Part shown: positions 59,649 to 64,000 of the stretch, in pieces
Position numbering within the stretch: the first letter of the stretch is position 1
How the letters are laid out: each line of letters opens with the position of its first letter
The notes under the pieces: generated by a model
The model's database searches: none
Seen by the model: only the letters and a program-made list of their open reading frames with translations
Told to the model about the DNA's origin: nothing
DNA from: Plasmodiophora brassicae
Lineage: Eukaryota
Length of the DNA: 64,000 nucleotides
Direction of reading: 5' to 3'
Assembly (NCBI GenBank): GCA_036867785.1
Contig: CP145423.1
Span: 434,001-498,000 of the forward strand
Made by a program: the position numbers and the translations under genes

Positions 59649-61609
59649 TCACGTTAGGTTGGGGGTGTCGGGTTGCGCCAGCTGCTCCATCTGCCTGAGC
59701 AGGTCGCTGGGCGCCGCCATTTCCGTGCTGCCGTACACGATGGAGACGGGCGGCTGCGAGGGCGTGCTGGCGGAGACGTCGCGCGCCCACTCGACGAGGT
59801 TGTGCAGCTCGGCGTAGCACCCACCGCCGCACACGACCACGATGGCGTCCCGAGCTTTCGAAGCGACCTGCGGGATCGCCTTGCCCTGCGGTGCCCTGGG
59901 GTCCATCACCCGCCACGATGCGGTGACGGACGCGGCAGCGGGTTTCAACATGATCTCGCGAACGGCACGGGTCAGCGGCGTCTTGTGCTTCAAGGGGAGC
60001 AAGCTTTTCACGTTGCCTTTCAGCCAGCCCAGCCCGCTGGACAGCGCGGTGTGCTGGGAGACGAGATCCTTCAGCACGGCACCGGCACCTTTGACGTCGT
60101 CGTGCTGGCCCGTTGCCGCAATGCGACGCATCATGCGAACCTTCCTGACATAGTCGACGGCCAGCGTGGACACATCGTCGCCCATCGCGCGCGCCAGCCC
60201 TTCCACCTCTTTGTCCTTGTCGTCGCCCGCCAGGTAGTACTGCAGCAACAGGCGAAGCTTGTCGTCCGCCGTGCCTTTGCCGTCAGGGCCGATCCGCTCT
60301 TTCAGCGTGCGGACGTCTGGAAGCAGGCCACTGGCCGCCATGCGGTCCTCCATCTCGAACAGCGTGTCGAGGCCACGATCCTGAATATGGCGCATCAGTG
60401 CGGTTGCCACGTTCGTGTGGATGTCCACGAGGCGCTTCTTGCGTTGCAATTCGGGCATGCTGTTGACGATGGATTTCAGCCCTGCCGTGACGTCGCCGTC
60501 GTCCAGGGTGCTGAGATCTTCAGTGCCCGACTGCAGCGACTGGACGGTTGCCTGGTGCTCCTTGAGCAACGCCTCAACGCGTTGTGCAACTTCAGGGAAC
60601 GTCTCCGCCTTGTTCTCCGCCCAGAAGAAGTCGCTCCCATCCAGAGTGTACTCCGTTAGCTTTCCTGCACATGCAAACCGTTGAGCAACGCCATGCACAC
60701 GATGTCGAGTCAGTCACCTGCGGGGCCGGATGGCAGCCTGATACGATTCGAAGCCAGGCCCAGAAGGTCGTGCGTCATTGGTTGGTACGCCCACTGGTGC
60801 TGTAGCGGTGTCCCCAGGTCCAAGTTCCGGTCGACGAGGATCAGCACAGGTCTGCGAAACGATGCCGACGACGACTCCTGGAAGACGCGCGATCGCAGCG
60901 CTTCTCGCAAGCGCGAATCGAGCTTGGACGCGACGAGTTCAGCAGCCTCACCCGGTCGGGCATGAATGATCGGCACGGCGCCAACGGTACTGCAGACGGA
61001 ATACAGTGATTCCACGATCGCATCGACGCATGCCATGATTTCGGAATCGTCCCGAGAAGACAGTTTCGCGTACGACCTAAGAGCGGGATCAGAGCGGACG
61101 CCCGTCGTTGCGAGACTTGTACGGTACCTTGACATATTCATGGTGAACAATGAAGGTTCCAGAGTAATGAACGCTGCGTTGACGTCGGTGACGCGCGAGA
61201 TCCGAGATACCGACGCGGATTCGATCGTTCGTAGTGCCAAGTCCTCCAAGAGGACCCGAGGTAGCGTGTAGGAAAAGTTCAGGTAAAACGCGTCGTATAA
61301 CGACCGTTTCGTATCGCGATCAATCAGGTCGAGATTCGTCCGGGTCGGTGCTACAAAGTAGACGGCCGGAACACCAGGGACGCGCTCGCGATCCCCAGTA
61401 ATCAGAAGGTTCAGCGTAACGCCCAGGGCGCGCAGCTCCCCGACATTCAGCAGCGGCGATATGATATCGCGGCACGCTTCGTCATAGATCAGGACCTTCC
61501 AGGTCGCCGACGACGTTGACGACGCGCGCGGCGTCGCAGCAGACGGCGGGGGCGCATTGAGGTTCAGCATGGTCAGCAGCGCCGACTTCTGCATCGCCTG
61601 AATGTCCAT
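59649..61609 (-). CDS. SLY1: Sec1/Munc18-family protein Sly1; multi-exon
   Basis: MLNLN, WKVLIYD, LRALGVTL, PAVYFVAPT, RPVLILVDRNLDL.TPLQH.W.YQ, GGGCYAE, YGSTE. Confidence 0.93.
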
Positions 61610-62268
61610 CCCGATATACGACGCCGCCCCGACTATCGACCGTCAACCATCCAACGAGGACCGAACTGCAACTTCGCGACTCGACACTGATCCCCCTCTG
61701 AACTCCGCCCTCGACGCGTCCAGCCGACCGTGTTTTTGGAGGCCGGGGACCTGCGAATACGTTCTGGGTCCCGACACTGCCCCTGATCTACGATGCCCCT
61801 ATGGTGCCCATGCGCGGGTTTCGGGTCGATGCAGGCAGCGTTCGCGTTCCTCGGTCTGGGTGTTGCAAAGGTTCGTGAGCGCGGATTTCGCTACGTAACC
61901 CTGTACGCAGCCTGTTCGCCTTGCGTACAGCAATAATTGTATCATTGGAATCGCTGCAAAGCCTGTACCGGGCGTCGGGCTTGTTTGCTGCCAGGGGACA
62001 GCCTGAATGGCGCTCAGGAGCTCGTCCCGCAATCAGGATGAACCGGGATAAGCAGGTCTTCCCCATCCCCCGTCCTGTTGCACTTTCGGGTCTCGTTGTC
62101 ATCTTCCACTGCCCGCACATGATGCAACGTCGTAGACATGCCTCGTCGGTAATGATTGCAGCTGACCGTCCACGAGTTGCCTTGCTGACCGCGATAGCCC
62201 ATAAATAGCATCGCCGGAATTAGGACCCGGCGGCACACAGTGCCCACACAGCAGCTGCAACCGTAATC

Positions 62269-62679
62269 ATGATGCCATCCTGTTGGCACTGGTGTCTCCC
62301 ACTGCTGATTGCGGCGCGGTGTGAGACAATGGCATTCGGGCAGAGCACCACGACCTGGCTGGATGACAAGCCCACCGTGCTGTCCGTCATGTGCGTCGCC
62401 TTCGTCGTCGGCTGCGCTGCCCTGATCTTCATCGTCACCGCGGTCTACGTCGCGTTCTGTTCGAAACGCTCGACACGAATCCGGAACGCGTCCGGCATGT
62501 CCATCGTCGTCGAGCCGGAGTCGACATCATCGACGCCACTACCGACGTCGGCGTCTTTGGTGCGGTCGTCAACCACGAAGAAGAGCCAGGCGGCGCCGGT
62601 GGACCCGTCGAGACTGGGGATCACGAAGCAGCCATGCGTTACCGCCGCCGATTTCCCTCCGCTGCCCCCGATGCCGTGA
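62269..62679 (+). CDS. Small single-pass membrane protein with signal peptide
   Basis: Signal-like N-terminus, one TM helix followed by basic residues, Ser/Pro-rich tail. Confidence 0.55.
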   Translation: MMPSCWHWCLPLLIAARCETMAFGQSTTTWLDDKPTVLSVMCVAFVVGCAALIFIVTAVYVAFCSKRSTRIRNASGMSIVVEPESTSSTPLPTSASLVRSSTTKKSQAAPVDPSRLGITKQPCVTAADFPPLPPMP

Positions 62680-62703
62680 TGAATGGAACACTGAGAACAT
62701 TGT

Positions 62704-64000
62704 TTATCGCGCGTCGCTGGTGACTTCGTGGAAATCCGGATAGACAATGCGGCTGTTCTCGAAGCCCGCGACGGACGCCTTGTGCTGGTCGAATAGGTGG
62801 CGAAGCGCGTCAAAGTACACGCGATGGAGGCGGTCGATCTCGTCGGCCGGCGGGTCATCCATCTGTGTCACCGGAATCGGGTCGCCGACCACAACGGTGA
62901 CAGGCGCCGGATTCGGGATCGGCGAGTAGAACCGCCCGTAGGGCATGTGGGGTGCGCCGTACAGCGTCCGCTTCGCGAACCATTCCTGCGTGCTCTTCGC
63001 CCGGAAATTGTCCAGAAGGTGCGACTCGCCGAAACCGAACACGGGCACGAGCGACACTCCATGGATGATCGCTTGGCGAATGAACCCTTTGTGTCGGGTG
63101 ACAAGAACGACTTCATCGCTTTCCGGGCGGTTCTCCCTCATCTCGCGTTCGCCGCCGGGGACCAGCATGACGGATCGACGCTGTTTGAAGGCGCTCGACA
63201 TGGATTCGCGGCTGGCATCGCGGCACCCGCTCCACATGGCGATGTCGCGAATGACAGGGAGATAGAAGATCACGGTGGCCGCTAGGACATCGATCGTGAC
63301 CTTCGGGTAGTGCTGGGCCCAGGCTCGCCCTCGTGTCGCCCAGACGGTCGTGAACGGATAAATGCCCTAGTCCAAGCATAAGCGACGCCGCATACGGAAT
63401 GCAAACGATTCACACACGTGTGGGTGGTATCCGAACATGTAGACCTGGTCCGGGTCCAGTTTGCCCTGCGGGATCAGCCTGAGCGAGAAATAGTGTTCCA
63501 TCAGGCCCCACATCGACTGCTTCTCGCGAACGCGAGTCCAAGAGCGGGTCCCGGTCCGGTGTGGCGACTTGTGGTACGTGAACGAGTACAGGTACGCGAA
63601 CGGGATCATCATGGAGAAGTAGGTGATCCATGGGAGAACGATTGCGGGGACGACGATGGCGATAACGACGAGCAGCGGCATGGAATAGAACGTGGCCGTC
63701 AACATGAACGCGCTAGCATCGTGGTAGATTGCGCGTAAGAAGGGCTCTTTCGCATCACCGTCGTAGTACCTCAAGGAGAGCCATAGGAACAGCTGCGCGA
63801 GGACACCTCCGGTGACAGCGGACGTCACTGACCCAGTCGACAGGTGCATCTTGGATGCGATCGTCCAGAACAGGCTGACGAAGGCAGTGATTGCTAGCGC
63901 GTAGAACGTCCAGCCGATGATCTGGAGGACGATGAACCTGCTGCCGCCGACGAACGGCTGAAACGATCGGTAGCCCTTGGCATGGTGCCGACGATGCCCG
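62704..64000 (-). CDS. DGAT2/MGAT-family acyltransferase (5' part beyond the window)
   Basis: YMFGYHPH/G split by an intron, LVPGGERE, RHKGFI, LVPVFGFGE, VVGDPI. Confidence 0.9.

Noticed and set aside
57058-59916. 952-aa ORF start at 59916
   Set aside because: The upstream part overlaps the SLY1 3' end in another frame; a start near 59463 or later is more plausible.

Overview
Eukaryotic, GC-rich, gene-dense DNA with many very short (~40-60 nt) introns and flagellar genes. This is consistent with a compact protist genome such as a plasmodiophorid (Plasmodiophora-like); the taxon is my inference. Two housekeeping blocks (1-17.2 kb and 41.6-64 kb) carry a sphingolipid/IPC synthase, ORC3 fused to a PHD-ePHD module, EFHB, an L-type lectin, MTAP, G-alpha, an LRR protein, a DsbA-like protein, an RCC1/coiled-coil protein, a TPT transporter, MLH1, cathepsin L, ISY1, eIF3j, SLY1 and DGAT2. 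Between them lies a ~24 kb nested transposon island: CACTA-like remnants, an intact RT-less tyrosine recombinase gene (Crypton-like), three copies of a Mug135-like heptad-repeat gene, a hAT MITE with an 8-bp TSD, a Copia element with identical 142-bp LTRs, a deleted Harbinger, and MULE-like OTU/Ulp1 protease carriers with minisatellites. Most notable: a tandem pair of intronless plant-type PPR-E-DYW RNA-editing-factor genes (one catalytically intact, one lacking the catalytic Glu); a Copia primer-binding site complementary to the anticodon half of tRNA-Asn; the PHD-ePHD-ORC3 fusion; and a 65-aa microprotein made only of a PDCD4-like ribosome-binding motif. Family calls come from motif recognition, not database searches, and boundaries of multi-exon genes are approximate.
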